Below, in pieces: positions 26,181 through 35,593 of a stretch of 64,000 bases of DNA. Made by a program: the position numbers and the translations under genes. Origin of the DNA: a virus (lineage: Duplodnaviria; Caudoviricetes); the IMG/VR virus record IMGVR_UViG_3300001199_000006, positions 1 through 64,000 of that record, one strand, 5' to 3'. A model generated the notes under the pieces. It was given only the letters and a program-made list of their open reading frames with translations, was not told the DNA's origin and made no database searches. Position 1 is the first letter of the stretch, and each line of letters begins with the position of its first letter.

Positions 26181-26767
26181 CACGCGGGCTCCGCAGGCTG
26201 GAAGTTGCCCGTGTCGATCACCTCGCCGAGGTGGCGGGGCTGGATCCGGTACGTCCGTCCATCGGGCCCGCGCCCGAGGATCTTCGGCTTGACCGCGACG
26301 ATCTGCACCTGCGCCGGGCTCACGGCGTTGCGCAGCTTGATCGTCACGCCAGGGCGCAGGTTGGCCAGCGCGCGCCGTTGCTCCGTCTGCTCCTGGTGCC
26401 ACTTGCGGACCCCGGCCCTCCACTCCTCGCACGCCGCCGGAGACGCGTCCAGGAAGCGCAGCGGGCACGAGTACGTGTACGGGTGCATGGACTCGTCCAT
26501 GTCCTTGTAGCCCTGCCCGCCGCCCTTGGACGAGAGCAGGAAGAGCGCGATGAACCGCTCCACCTTCACCGTGTCCCCGATCCCGCGCACGATGACCGTG
26601 CCGTTCTCGTCCCGATCCTCGAACAGCACCCACAGCGCGCTGCCGCTCCGTGCCTTGTCGATCGCGACCCGGGTGATCCGGTGGCCGCCGTGATCGAACT
26701 CGCGCGTCGCCGTCAGCTCGGCGATCAGCTCCGCGCGCGTCTGACCCCTCGTGTACGTCCAACCCAT
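26180..26767 (-). CDS. DUF6927-like protein
   Basis: MGWTY...YKDMDESMHPYTYSCPLRFLD...EEWRAGVR. Confidence 0.65.
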   Translation of the reverse strand: MGWTYTRGQTRAELIAELTATREFDHGGHRITRVAIDKARSGSALWVLFEDRDENGTVIVRGIGDTVKVERFIALFLLSSKGGGQGYKDMDESMHPYTYSCPLRFLDASPAACEEWRAGVRKWHQEQTEQRRALANLRPGVTIKLRNAVSPAQVQIVAVKPKILGRGPDGRTYRIQPRHLGEVIDTGNFQPAEPA

Positions 26768-26787
26768 GTCCGTTACCTCCGCGCCCT

Positions 26788-26816
26788 CTATCGGCCGCGC
26801 CCCTCGCCCAGCTTGA
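26788..26816 (-). promoter_or_regulatory. TCAAG-N16-GCCGATAG promoter
   Basis: 20 nt upstream of ATG 26767, with a GGAGG SD in the leader. Confidence 0.7.
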
Positions 26817-27240
26817 ACGAAAACGGGGGTTCCGGGAACGACGGCAGGTACCCGCTCCCGGGCGGCGGAGGCCGAGGCGGAGGGGACGGGGCCGACGGAT
26901 CGAGCACGCCGCGCGTCCAGCCCTTCTCCGGGTGTGGCTCGACCAGCGGTCGTCCGTCCAGGCGCAGCCACTCGTCCAGCTCGTGTAGCACGCGCTTCAT
27001 CAGCACCTCGCGGATCCACCAAAGGAACTGGCGCTCGTCCCAATACATCCACTCGAAGCGCGTGCGAGCTTCGGTGAACGTCACGGGCAGCGGCGGTGCG
27101 CTGGACGCGGCCTCGCTGTCCGGCTCCCAGGTGCCGCAGCGGAAGACGATCGCGTCGGACGGATCCACGTACAGCTCGAACCACCAGCCAGGGCGGTACG
27201 TGATCTTGGCCGCCAAGGCGCGCATCTCGTCGAGCGTCAC
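26788..27240 (-). CDS. Hypothetical protein with Pro-rich tail
   Basis: VTLDEMRALAAKITYRPGW...LHELDEWLRLDG. Confidence 0.6.
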   Translation of the reverse strand: MTLDEMRALAAKITYRPGWWFELYVDPSDAIVFRCGTWEPDSEAASSAPPLPVTFTEARTRFEWMYWDERQFLWWIREVLMKRVLHELDEWLRLDGRPLVEPHPEKGWTRGVLDPSAPSPPPRPPPPGSGYLPSFPEPPFSFKLGEGRGR

Positions 27241-28016
27241 GATTCCTCCGGAGCCGTGTACCGGTCGCACAGGACACACCGACGTGAGTATTCCAGCAGG
27301 GCGGCCTCGAACAACGTAGCCATGTCGGGCGCCTGCACGGGCGAGTTCCAGTAGACGTGCGTCACGGCCTTGAGTGCTGCTTCCCGAGCGCTGACGTTCA
27401 ACATGACATCGCGCTGTCCCATCGCGTGATGGAACTCGCGCATGGTCTGCCGCAGTTGCTCGTTGGAGAACGTCGTCATTTCGGCTTCCTGCGCCGAGGC
27501 TTGCGCCGTGCTTCGTCCCGCTCCGTCTTCTCCACGCGCTTCGCTGCGCGCGCCACCACTCGATTGAACTCGACGCGCCCGTAGAAGACGCCGTATAGCC
27601 ACAGCAACGTCTCGATCCAGCGCTTGCCGTCATGTCCGCGCTCTTGCGATGAGGTGACGCGCCCGCTGACGTCGTCGAACACCGCCTTGCCGTAGATCGT
27701 TTTCATTGCCGACCTTCCTCTCGCGCTTGCGCACGCTCGATCGCGTCCTGCTCCATCGCACGGATCAAGCGATCGACGTGCTCGCCAAAGCTACCCACCG
27801 CGCGCTCGATCCGTTCGGAGGCATCCTGCATCTCGCGCGAAGCGCGTCGCACGTCCTCGGCACCGATCAGATGGACGAACTCGGTCACAGCTCCCCCTTA
27901 GCAAGCGCGAGCAGCTCAGCAGCGGCAAAGCACAAGACCTCTTGCGCCTCTTCCATCGAGAGTTTCTCACGCGCGCGGTACTTCGAGTTGTCGGACTTCT
28001 TCTTCGGTGAGGGCAT
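27237..28016 (-). CDS. Run of four small coupled hypothetical genes (27237-27479, 27476-27706, 27703-27888, 27885-28016)
   Basis: Each start overlaps the upstream stop (ATGA/GTGA). Confidence 0.55.
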
Positions 28017-28536
28017 AGCCGTCGGGGAGAGCTGGACCGTACAGGATGAATCGCGACGGCGACACCACCGTCACGACGTTCGTGTTGACGAGGAACGAGC
28101 GTAGCAGCTCGCGAGCGCGTGCGGACTTCGCACCCTCGTCGGAGGCGAAGCGCAGGGCGAAGACGTACGGGCCGCCACCCGCGAGCTGCGTCAACGCCGG
28201 GAAGTCCGTGGCGATCTTCATCTCGACCACGACGCCACTCCGATCCGGGCGGTCCGCGTCCGCGCCCCAGCCCTGCCGCCACAGGCATAGGAACGCGGCG
28301 CACGACGGCGGGCGCGACGCGTAGATCGCGCACCCGGCTTCGCACTGGTTCGAGCAGCGCTGACGCGCGGGCTTCGCCAGCTCGGGGATCGACATGACCT
28401 CGCAGCAGAGCTGACACGGACCGCACGTCCGCTCAGACGCGAGCCGCTTCGCGCGTTGTGCCGGAGACTCCGGCTGCGCCCGAGCAGTCCGCCGCTTCTC
28501 ACGCTCACGGCGCTTGCGCTTGTCCGGGTTGCCCAC
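27967..28536 (-). CDS. YkgJ-like Cys-cluster (CxxCxxCC) protein
   Basis: CGPCQLCC...C...C...CAIYASRPPSCAAFLCLW. Confidence 0.7.
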   Translation of the reverse strand: MGNPDKRKRREREKRRTARAQPESPAQRAKRLASERTCGPCQLCCEVMSIPELAKPARQRCSNQCEAGCAIYASRPPSCAAFLCLWRQGWGADADRPDRSGVVVEMKIATDFPALTQLAGGGPYVFALRFASDEGAKSARARELLRSFLVNTNVVTVVSPSRFILYGPALPDGYALTEEEVRQLEVPRA

Positions 28537-28900
28537 GCTTCTTCCTTCCGGCTTCGTACCCTCGCGAGTAAGCGAGGGCCTTGGCTCGTTGTAGCTCCGC
28601 CTTGAACTCACGCCGCGCGTCCAACAGCTCGCGCATGCGCGCAGCGATCGCGAGTCGCTCGGCGCGACGCGCACAGATCAGATCCGCTTGCTCGCGCGCA
28701 CCCGCTTTGAGCAACGCATCAAGCACCTCGACCATCGCCTCGCGCGTCTTCACGTCGTTCGCGCCGAACATGCGCAAGCGCCAGACGACGTGCTCGGCAT
28801 GCACACCGATCGGCTCCCAACCGTGGGAGTCGTCGGGCGGCTTGGCCTCGAAGCCGTCCGCCCCCTTCACGATCGGCGTGGTAGTGGTCTGCCAGCTCAT
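28505..28900 (-). CDS. Hypothetical protein
   Basis: ORF track; coupled. Confidence 0.55.
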   Translation of the reverse strand: MSWQTTTTPIVKGADGFEAKPPDDSHGWEPIGVHAEHVVWRLRMFGANDVKTREAMVEVLDALLKAGAREQADLICARRAERLAIAARMRELLDARREFKAELQRAKALAYSRGYEAGRKKRGQPGQAQAP

Positions 28901-29244
28901 CAGTCGTCGGTCCTCACTCGATAGGACTGTGCCCGGTCCGGCCCGGTGGCGCGGAGGTCACGGTCGATGTCGCCTTCGAGGTCGGTCTCGGCTTCCGCTG
29001 CGCTCGGAGCCGGGATGGCAACGCGCAGCCGCTTCCGACGATCGGCCCCGTAGTTCGTCCACTCCCGAAGCATCTCACTTGCGCGGAAGTCGGGCCCGCA
29101 GCTCCACGACATCCCACACGAGCAGCCGACCGCCCAGCTCCGGTTGGGCTTGTCGTACAGGCGCGGACGGCCGTCGCACACCGGACACGCGTCCAGAATG
29201 AACTGGAGCTTCCACAGGAACAGGCGACGTAGTAGTCGTTTCAT
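28900..29244 (-). CDS. Zn-ribbon protein, Lar restriction-alleviation-like
   Basis: ACPVCDGRP...WAVGCSCG...LREWTN resembles the CPxCG...V.C..CG...WN pattern. Confidence 0.4.
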   Translation of the reverse strand: MKRLLRRLFLWKLQFILDACPVCDGRPRLYDKPNRSWAVGCSCGMSWSCGPDFRASEMLREWTNYGADRRKRLRVAIPAPSAAEAETDLEGDIDRDLRATGPDRAQSYRVRTDD

Positions 29245-30201
29245 TCGTCGGCGTCCTCGTTGTCACTGCACTCAAAGGCTGTGATGGCTTCGGTCAGCTC
29301 GGGGTGGATGTTGCGCGTGACCGCGTCCCAAAGCGCGCCGCGTCCCAGCGCCTCGCGCATGATCCGACCCGCCACCGCGTAGTTGCGCCACGCGCGCTCC
29401 GCATTCCGCTGCGCGTCCATCCGATCCGGGTCGGCCAGCAGATGCACCGTCATGGCGAGGACGTCGCTCAGGGCCACGACGAACTGCGCGCGCAGTGCAT
29501 CTTTCATCGCGGTCAGGGTGCGCTCGGCCACGTTCGCGCGGCTCTCGACACGCGACAGGTCCGCTGCCAACTCGATGCGGTGTTGCCGCTCAGATTTTTT
29601 CTTCGTCATAGAGGTTCCCCGTAGCAGTCGGTGTCCGTACGAATCGGCCACTCACGTCTCGACTTCTCACGCACCGCGCGCTCGCGCACTTCCATCAAGC
29701 GGAGCCGCCGCGCTTCTTCGCGCACGTCAGTCTCGAAGCGCTCGCTCGACCATGCCATCTTCGGGTTCCGATCGCGGATCGAGAGCATGTCCAGCACGAA
29801 CTGCGCCAGCGCGCCGCGGGCTTGACGCGTGGAGAGAGTCTGTCGTCTCTTCACTCGTCGTCCTCGTTGGTGCTACCCACGAAAGCCGGATCCGCCCTGT
29901 ACGCCACGTACCCGAGCCAGATCAGCTCGTTGATAATGGCCCAGAACTGCGGAGTGATCGCGAGTCCACTGACCCCGCCTTCGATGTGTCCTTCATTCCG
30001 CCAGGTGGAGAGGATCTCGCGCTCCGCTGCATTGATCTTGCACGGCACGATGACCTGGTCGTTCACCATGACGAACTGGATGTACGGCATCAGCCGCAGC
30101 TCCAGTTGGGTGATCTCGCGGCCCAGCAACTTCTTGGCCCGGGTCTTGATCGTCGGCGTGAGCACACCTCGTCCAGCCTTCATGCTTTCTCCCTTCTTCA
30201 C
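29241..30201 (-). CDS. Three coupled hypothetical genes (29241-29609, 29606-29854, 29851-30201)
   Basis: Overlapping start/stop codons; natural composition. Confidence 0.55.
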
Positions 30202-31721
30202 GCTTCCTCCTTGGCCGCGACGGTCTCGCGACGCAGCGCCGGGCGGAGCTTGGGTTCCTGCACGAGCAGGAGCGCGAGCTGCGCACCGAGCCGGGTCAAC
30301 GCCTCGTGGTAGCCGTGCGCCAGGTGATCGTCGCACCACTCGTGCCCCAGCTCATGCAGGAGCAGCTCGACGTGCTCGATGCGAAGACCTTCCGCCCCGT
30401 CCTCAAACCAGCGGTGCCCGAGCACTTGCAAGTTGAGCGTGAGGAAACCGCCGCGCCCGTACCACGCTGCGAAGCGGTTCGCGTTGTCGCGCACGATGCG
30501 GATCGAGAGTCCGGTGCGATCGCGCAGGAGGGCTTGGCCGATCAGCTTGAAGCTGACGCACACCACCTTTTGCGCGTCGGTCCATCTCTCGAACGGCACC
30601 TCGGTGTCGATGCCGTCCGGCGAGAACCTCGGGTGCTTGGTCGGCGTGACCTGTCCCGCCGCCTTCATCGCGCCGGTCTCGCGCACGCGCTCCCACGTCT
30701 CGGCCGGGAGTGCGCCGCCCGGGACCACGGTGTAGCCCTCGGACGCCGCGCGCTTGCTCGCCTCGGGATCCGACGGGTCGTAGGTGACGCGCCGCTTCCC
30801 GAACCGCTCGTCCAGCACGTTTGACACCGTGTCAGGCGCGGCCTCGGCCAGGGCCTCCGTCACCCACTCCTCGCGTGCCTCCTCGGCCGTGAGCAGCTTG
30901 TGCGCCGCGTCCAGGACGGCGACGCGCAGCCGCTTGAGGAACGCGGGCCGCACGTTCTCGCGGTCGAGCGTGAGCGGGATCTTCTGCTTGACGTTGATCC
31001 CGAACGGGCCGTCGATCGCGACGACCGGGATGCCCATCTCGTACAGCTTCGAGCCCGAGCCGTGCCGCCACACCTCGATCGCGGTCTCGCGCTCGACCAG
31101 GCGCAGGTTCCCCTCCTCGTCGGCCAGCTCGGTCTGGAGCTTAGCACGCAGCACGAGGTCGGGCGCGCCGTGCAGGTCGTTCAACACGTAGGTGACGCCG
31201 CCATCCCCACAGCGCGTCAGCACGGTGGTGCGGATGTGCGTGGGCGGGATCAGGTTGCGCAAATCCTCCGCGACTTCGTCCAGCTCGGCCCGTGTCATCG
31301 GCATGATCGCGGTCAGCACGGTTCCGCGCTGGGTCGCGGCCTTCGACGTCGTGCGCGAGCCGTCGGCGTGGAACATCACGGTGCCCGTGGTGCTCACGAT
31401 CTCGGCCTCGCGGCAGCGCGCGAGGAACAGCTTCTCACCCGCGTTGAATCGCCCACGCGTCTCGGCCAGGCCCTTCTTCCGGGACGCCGCGAAGAGCGTG
31501 TAGCTCTCGGCCAGGTTGGCGAAGCCGTTCGGTGCGTCGTCCATGACCGCGATCTCCACCCGGGGCTGCCCAGGGAGCGCAGTGATCGAAATCGCGACCT
31601 TGGTCACGCCCGGCTCGTCCCAGGCGTTCGAGATCAGCTCGGCGATCGCCCGGGCCTTCGTCTGACGACCGAGCACCTGGGCCAGGCCGTCCTTGTCCAC
31701 CTCGAACCATGCCTTCGTCAT
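30198..31721 (-). CDS. GHKL (Hsp90/MutL-like) ATPase fused to a C-terminal HExxH metallopeptidase-like domain
   Basis: AELISNAWD, VMDDAPNGF, GRFNAGEK, RGTVL; C-terminal LLLHELGHEWCDDHL. Confidence 0.75.
   Translation of the reverse strand: MTKAWFEVDKDGLAQVLGRQTKARAIAELISNAWDEPGVTKVAISITALPGQPRVEIAVMDDAPNGFANLAESYTLFAASRKKGLAETRGRFNAGEKLFLARCREAEIVSTTGTVMFHADGSRTTSKAATQRGTVLTAIMPMTRAELDEVAEDLRNLIPPTHIRTTVLTRCGDGGVTYVLNDLHGAPDLVLRAKLQTELADEEGNLRLVERETAIEVWRHGSGSKLYEMGIPVVAIDGPFGINVKQKIPLTLDRENVRPAFLKRLRVAVLDAAHKLLTAEEAREEWVTEALAEAAPDTVSNVLDERFGKRRVTYDPSDPEASKRAASEGYTVVPGGALPAETWERVRETGAMKAAGQVTPTKHPRFSPDGIDTEVPFERWTDAQKVVCVSFKLIGQALLRDRTGLSIRIVRDNANRFAAWYGRGGFLTLNLQVLGHRWFEDGAEGLRIEHVELLLHELGHEWCDDHLAHGYHEALTRLGAQLALLLVQEPKLRPALRRETVAAKEEA
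30822..30834. repeat. Palindrome TGACAC-C-GTGTCA, copy 5
   Basis: Inside the GHKL gene. Confidence 0.85.
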
Positions 31722-31975
31722 CGTTCCTCCTCCTGTAGTTGAACATGAAGCGCCCGGGCAAGCCGGACGTGCGCGCCGCGACCTCGTGCAGCCAACGCAG
31801 GCTCGGCCGCGAAGCCGCGCAATGCCTCGACCGTGGACGTGTCCGGCAACACCAACGCGAACGACGTGCCGGTGCTGTCGAACAGCATGCGCACCGTGCG
31901 TTGATCGGGCAGCACGATGTCGATCTCGTGCGGCTCGTCTCGGCCGTGCGTCGGAAGCACGATCGAACGTCTCAC
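31718..31975 (-). CDS. Small hypothetical protein
   Basis: GTGA-coupled. Confidence 0.45.
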   Translation of the reverse strand: MRRSIVLPTHGRDEPHEIDIVLPDQRTVRMLFDSTGTSFALVLPDTSTVEALRGFAAEPALAARGRGAHVRLARALHVQLQEEER

Positions 31976-32232
31976 CCCTGCACCTTGACGCACTTGAACG
32001 CGACGCTCGCCATCTTGTGCAGCGGCAGCGCGACGAACTTGGCGCGGTTCGTCTCGTTCAGCGCGTCGTACACCGTGACGATCGCCGAGGCCGTGAACAG
32101 GTCCACTGCGTAGCCGTCGATCTTGGCGAACTGGCACTGCCGCACGATCTCGCGACACGCCTCGACCTTGTCGGTGGGCGTCTCGGTGTGGTGCTGCTCG
32201 ATGCCACTGTTGACGCGGGTGATGGTCTTCAT
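31972..32232 (-). CDS. Conserved small phage protein (VDLFTASAIVxVYDxLN motif)
   Basis: Motif recalled from T4-like phage hypothetical proteins; leaderless start. Confidence 0.7.
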   Translation of the reverse strand: MKTITRVNSGIEQHHTETPTDKVEACREIVRQCQFAKIDGYAVDLFTASAIVTVYDALNETNRAKFVALPLHKMASVAFKCVKVQG

Positions 32233-32239
32233 GTCGGGT

Positions 32240-32268
32240 CTATCGAACGGGCCGAGGTCCGGACTTGA
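32240..32268 (-). promoter_or_regulatory. TCAAG-N16-TTCGATAG promoter
   Basis: 7 nt upstream of ATG 32232. Confidence 0.7.
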
Positions 32269-32737
32269 ACCATTCCGGCGGAAGTGAGAGGCGCACCGGC
32301 GAGCCCGCAGGCCAATCAGCGGCAGAGCACGTCAGCGTGTCAATGTCCAGAGGATCGCCGAAGCGTGCAACGCGGACCGCACCCTCGCGCACCACGGTCC
32401 CGGCGTGCATCAGCGCGAAACGTGTCGCGCGCCCCGTGGCCTTCACGTCGCCTTCGACCCGATACCCATCACCGACGCGTCCGCTGAACAAGTCCCGACC
32501 CTTCTCGTCGAGCACGGTCACGGTGTAGCCGTGCCAGGGCTCGGGCGAGCGCTTCATCCAGGCGTCCACGTCGAGGATCTTCCGACGCTCGCGGCGCGCG
32601 CGATGTAGTCGCCACGTCTCCCACGTCCACAACCCAGCGAAGCACGCCGCGATCAGGAACGCGACCCAGCACCCGAACGAAAACGCGCCGACAATCCAGC
32701 GCAGCCCTTCCATCAAGAAGTCGGTGACCATACGCAC
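32240..32737 (-). CDS. Membrane-anchored hypothetical protein
   Basis: N-terminal hydrophobic helix WIVGAFSFGCWVAFLIAACFAGLW. Confidence 0.6.
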   Translation of the reverse strand: MRMVTDFLMEGLRWIVGAFSFGCWVAFLIAACFAGLWTWETWRLHRARRERRKILDVDAWMKRSPEPWHGYTVTVLDEKGRDLFSGRVGDGYRVEGDVKATGRATRFALMHAGTVVREGAVRVARFGDPLDIDTLTCSAADWPAGSPVRLSLPPEWFKSGPRPVR

Positions 32738-32747
32738 TCCAAGGAGA

Positions 32748-32782
32748 CGGCCTCTCCCCGGCGGTTGACCAGGGAGAGGCCG
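32748..32782 (-). terminator. Stem-loop after the DUF932-like gene
   Basis: 11-bp stem CGGCCTCTCCC/GGGAGAGGCCG; weak U tail. Confidence 0.5.
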
Positions 32783-32790
32783 GACGGTGT

Positions 32791-33618
32791 CTAGTTGCGG
32801 CTCGGGTCCACGTCCGTGTCCACGCTCGGAGCGAGCTGGAAGCCGCGCGAGTCCGCGACGATGCGCGGGAAGCCTTTGAGGCCGCGCTCGCCGATGCGCG
32901 GGCTGCGCCAGCCCTTCGCGACCTCGGTCACGGCGTTGTAGAGCGACCAGGCGTTACGCGACGCGAAGGCCGAGTGGTGCGGGTGCTCGTCGTCCTGGTA
33001 CGCACGGTAGGTCTCGTCGATCTTGCCGAGCTGGTTCCAGGCGACCACGCCGTTGCGTCCGGCGAGCATCAGGAGGTGATCGGCATCGCTGTTCGTCAGC
33101 TCCGTCTCCTCCATGAACTCGACGAGGCGGTGCATCTGCCCGATCTGGTCCTGCCACTTCTGGATCCCGGTCTCGACCTTGACCTCAAGCTCGTCCACGT
33201 TGCCCGACGTGTGCTTCACGCCGAACACGAAGTCACCGACGATCGCGCCGTTCTCGCAAATGAACACGCGCGAGCCCGAGACGCCGAGGAGCTGGAAGCG
33301 CTGCACGTTCGAGCTGCGGAAGCCGAGGATCGGAGCCATGTCGATGCGGTCGCCGATCTTGATCCCCTGCACCTGGATCGAGCCGAAGATGTCGTGCCGG
33401 TCCTCGGACAGCGCGAAGGACTCCTTGGCGACGCCGTAGCCGTTCTTCGCGAGAGCCGCGTGGATGTCTTCGATCAGGTCCGCGTGGTGCATGGGCTTCC
33501 AGCGCGTCCCGATCTCGTCGTTCTTCCGGATGGCGCGCAGCTCATCGAGCGTGGGCACGCGGTACGTTTTGCGCAGTTCCGGCAGGGTGATGGTGGGCTT
33601 TCCGTGCGTGTAGAGCAT
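32791..33618 (-). CDS. DUF932/DUF945-like protein
   Basis: RWKPMHHADLI...RVFICENG...NAWSLYNAVTEVAK. Confidence 0.7.
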   Translation of the reverse strand: MLYTHGKPTITLPELRKTYRVPTLDELRAIRKNDEIGTRWKPMHHADLIEDIHAALAKNGYGVAKESFALSEDRHDIFGSIQVQGIKIGDRIDMAPILGFRSSNVQRFQLLGVSGSRVFICENGAIVGDFVFGVKHTSGNVDELEVKVETGIQKWQDQIGQMHRLVEFMEETELTNSDADHLLMLAGRNGVVAWNQLGKIDETYRAYQDDEHPHHSAFASRNAWSLYNAVTEVAKGWRSPRIGERGLKGFPRIVADSRGFQLAPSVDTDVDPSRN

Positions 33619-33666
33619 GTGCTTCTCCGTTGGGTTGAACAGGCCGCCAAGCCTGCGTTGGGCGTG

Positions 33667-33695
33667 TCATCGACCAGCCCGACACCTGGAGTTTA
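33667..33695 (-). promoter_or_regulatory. TAAAC-N16-GTCGATGA promoter variant
   Basis: Same spacing and -10 as the TCAAG family; 48 nt upstream of ATG 33618. Confidence 0.5.
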
Positions 33696-33932
33696 GCTCG
33701 CGCCTGGAAATCGGACGGGAAATCCGGGATGTTTGAGCGAGGAAAGAACCACGACCGCGCGCGAATCTCCGGGGTACGGTTGGCCGAACCCATCAGGGGG
33801 GGCCGGGCCGGGAATCACAGGCGACGCAGGGGTCGCTTGCCCGGGTCTGTTCCCCGGGGCCGGGAGGTTTCTTCTCAGGGACCGCTTGCCTCCCGGCCCT
33901 TTTCCCATCCCAGACCCAGGAGGGTCATCTAC

Positions 33933-34766
33933 ATGAAGAAGATTCTGTGCTTCGCGTTCACCGCGTTCCTCGTGGTACTCGCCGCTTGCTCCGCCACCTT
34001 CAAAGGCAAGGCCGGAGACAACGTCCCGCTCATCGGCGGATCGGAGATCGAGTTCACGGTCAACATCGGCAACGGCACGCTCAACGTGCCGCCGCAACCC
34101 GGGCTCCAGGACGGTGACTGCATCAAGGTCACGTTCCTGGACAGCAAGGGGCGCGCGATCGGCTCGACCGAATCCACGGTCGGTGCCGACACGCCCGCTC
34201 CGGACGGTACCGACGATGTCGAGTTCTCGCCGTGCGATCCGAAACCGGACGACAAGGACAAGGACAAGAAGACCAAGTCCCTCATCGACTCGCAGATCGA
34301 AGCGCTGGTCGCGGGCGGTACCTACCTGTACCAACAGCGACCGTTCGACCTGCGCGACGGCCACGGCCGCTGGATCGACTACACCGTGATGGCGGAGTCG
34401 CGTGACGCGGCTGACGTCATCGCACGCCGCTTCGGCTCGAACCTCGGACAACGTCCGCGTCAGGTCGAGGTCTATACCTTCGCTGATGCGCGGATCCGCG
34501 CGGACGGCTCGGTGCGGTTCTCGATCCTGACCCAGGACAAACCGCTCTCGCTCGCGTTCGAGTGGAACAGCATCCCGCTCTATTCGCTGCACGACGCACG
34601 CGTCCGTCAGATCGGCTCCTGGTACGTCACCTCGGTGCTCGTGCCTGCGGATCTCGTGAACCTGCCTATCGGTGGTGTGCTCGACGTCTCGAACACGGTC
34701 CACTACAGGCTCGAAACGGCGACGCGTCCGCAAGAGCTGACGTTCTCACTCGGAGCCTCGCTGTGA
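33933..34766 (+). CDS. Lipoprotein
   Basis: SD AGGAGG; MKKILCFAFTAFLVVLAA-C lipobox. Confidence 0.8.
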   Translation: MKKILCFAFTAFLVVLAACSATFKGKAGDNVPLIGGSEIEFTVNIGNGTLNVPPQPGLQDGDCIKVTFLDSKGRAIGSTESTVGADTPAPDGTDDVEFSPCDPKPDDKDKDKKTKSLIDSQIEALVAGGTYLYQQRPFDLRDGHGRWIDYTVMAESRDAADVIARRFGSNLGQRPRQVEVYTFADARIRADGSVRFSILTQDKPLSLAFEWNSIPLYSLHDARVRQIGSWYVTSVLVPADLVNLPIGGVLDVSNTVHYRLETATRPQELTFSLGASL

Positions 34767-35371
34767 TCTCGGCACCTCGCCTGCTCGGGCTCTTCACGCT
34801 CGCGCTCGCGGGGTGCAACAGCATCGGCCGGATCCAGGTGCCTATGCCTGGGTCCGGCGCTGTCGTTGCGCCACCGCACGTCTACGACCTCGTACGCGAG
34901 CTGGAGCCACGCGTCATCGCCATGCTGGGCTCGCGCCGCGCACCCGGCACGTACAGCTTCCACGTCTGGGAACGAGATCACCGACAACCGGCCGGGACCT
35001 TCCTGCGCTGGAACTGCGCACAGGTCATGTTCTCGCCGTCGTCGTTGTACCTGGACGATCTCGATCGTCTCGTCGCGCACGAACTGGTTCACGTCCATGC
35101 CGACGCGCGCGTCACCGAGCTACCGGCGGCAGCCGAAGAGGGCATCGCGAACTGGATCGCCGAGCTGGTCACGGGGCGCGCTCGCGCGTACGACGGGCCC
35201 GCGCCCGATCCCACGGCGTTGCGTCGCGCCCTCACCTTGACCAACGACCAGTACCTCGCGCTGCCCGACAGCGAGTTGGCCCAGGTGGACCAGGCCGGAG
35301 CCTGGCTGGCCTCGCGACTGTTACCCGTGTCTGACGCGATTCTCTCCGCCTGCCTCACGACTCCGGAGTAG
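34763..35371 (+). CDS. Lipoprotein zinc metallopeptidase (HExxH...E)
   Basis: GTGA-coupled; LLGLFTLALAG-C lipobox; VAHELVHVH followed by EEGIANW. Confidence 0.75.
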   Translation: MISAPRLLGLFTLALAGCNSIGRIQVPMPGSGAVVAPPHVYDLVRELEPRVIAMLGSRRAPGTYSFHVWERDHRQPAGTFLRWNCAQVMFSPSSLYLDDLDRLVAHELVHVHADARVTELPAAAEEGIANWIAELVTGRARAYDGPAPDPTALRRALTLTNDQYLALPDSELAQVDQAGAWLASRLLPVSDAILSACLTTPE

Positions 35372-35535
35372 TCTTGTTCAGCTCCGATGCGACGTGGCAC
35401 GTCGGAGCGAGTTCCTCCCCCACTTGGCGGGCCGGACTATCCAAGGTGCGTGCGTCCCGGGTTCTTGAAGGGTGCTCGGGATCGCTCCTCCCCTCCTAGC
35501 GCACCGACGGTAGTTCGGCCCGTCTTTTCTCACTG

Positions 35536-35588
35536 GCATGGCGCGGTCGGTCCTCACAGTGGCTCGTGAGGCTCAGATCGCGCCATGC
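35536..35588. terminator. Long stem-loop at the convergence of the plus-strand moron and the minus-strand late operon
   Basis: GCATGGCGCGGTC/GATCGCGCCATGC outer stem (one G-U) plus CCTCAC/GTGAGG inner stem, 5 nt after the 35594 stop. Confidence 0.5.
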
Positions 35589-35593
35589 GCCTT

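Noticed and set aside
31960-31988. TCAAG-N16-TTCGATCG match
   Set aside because: It overlaps the 31975/31972 gene junction with no start codon at the expected distance, so it is probably chance.
33800-33900. c-di-GMP riboswitch near the moron, prompted by the DGC
   Set aside because: The conserved class I core (GCAAAC...GAAA...GACGCAAAG) and class II features are not present.
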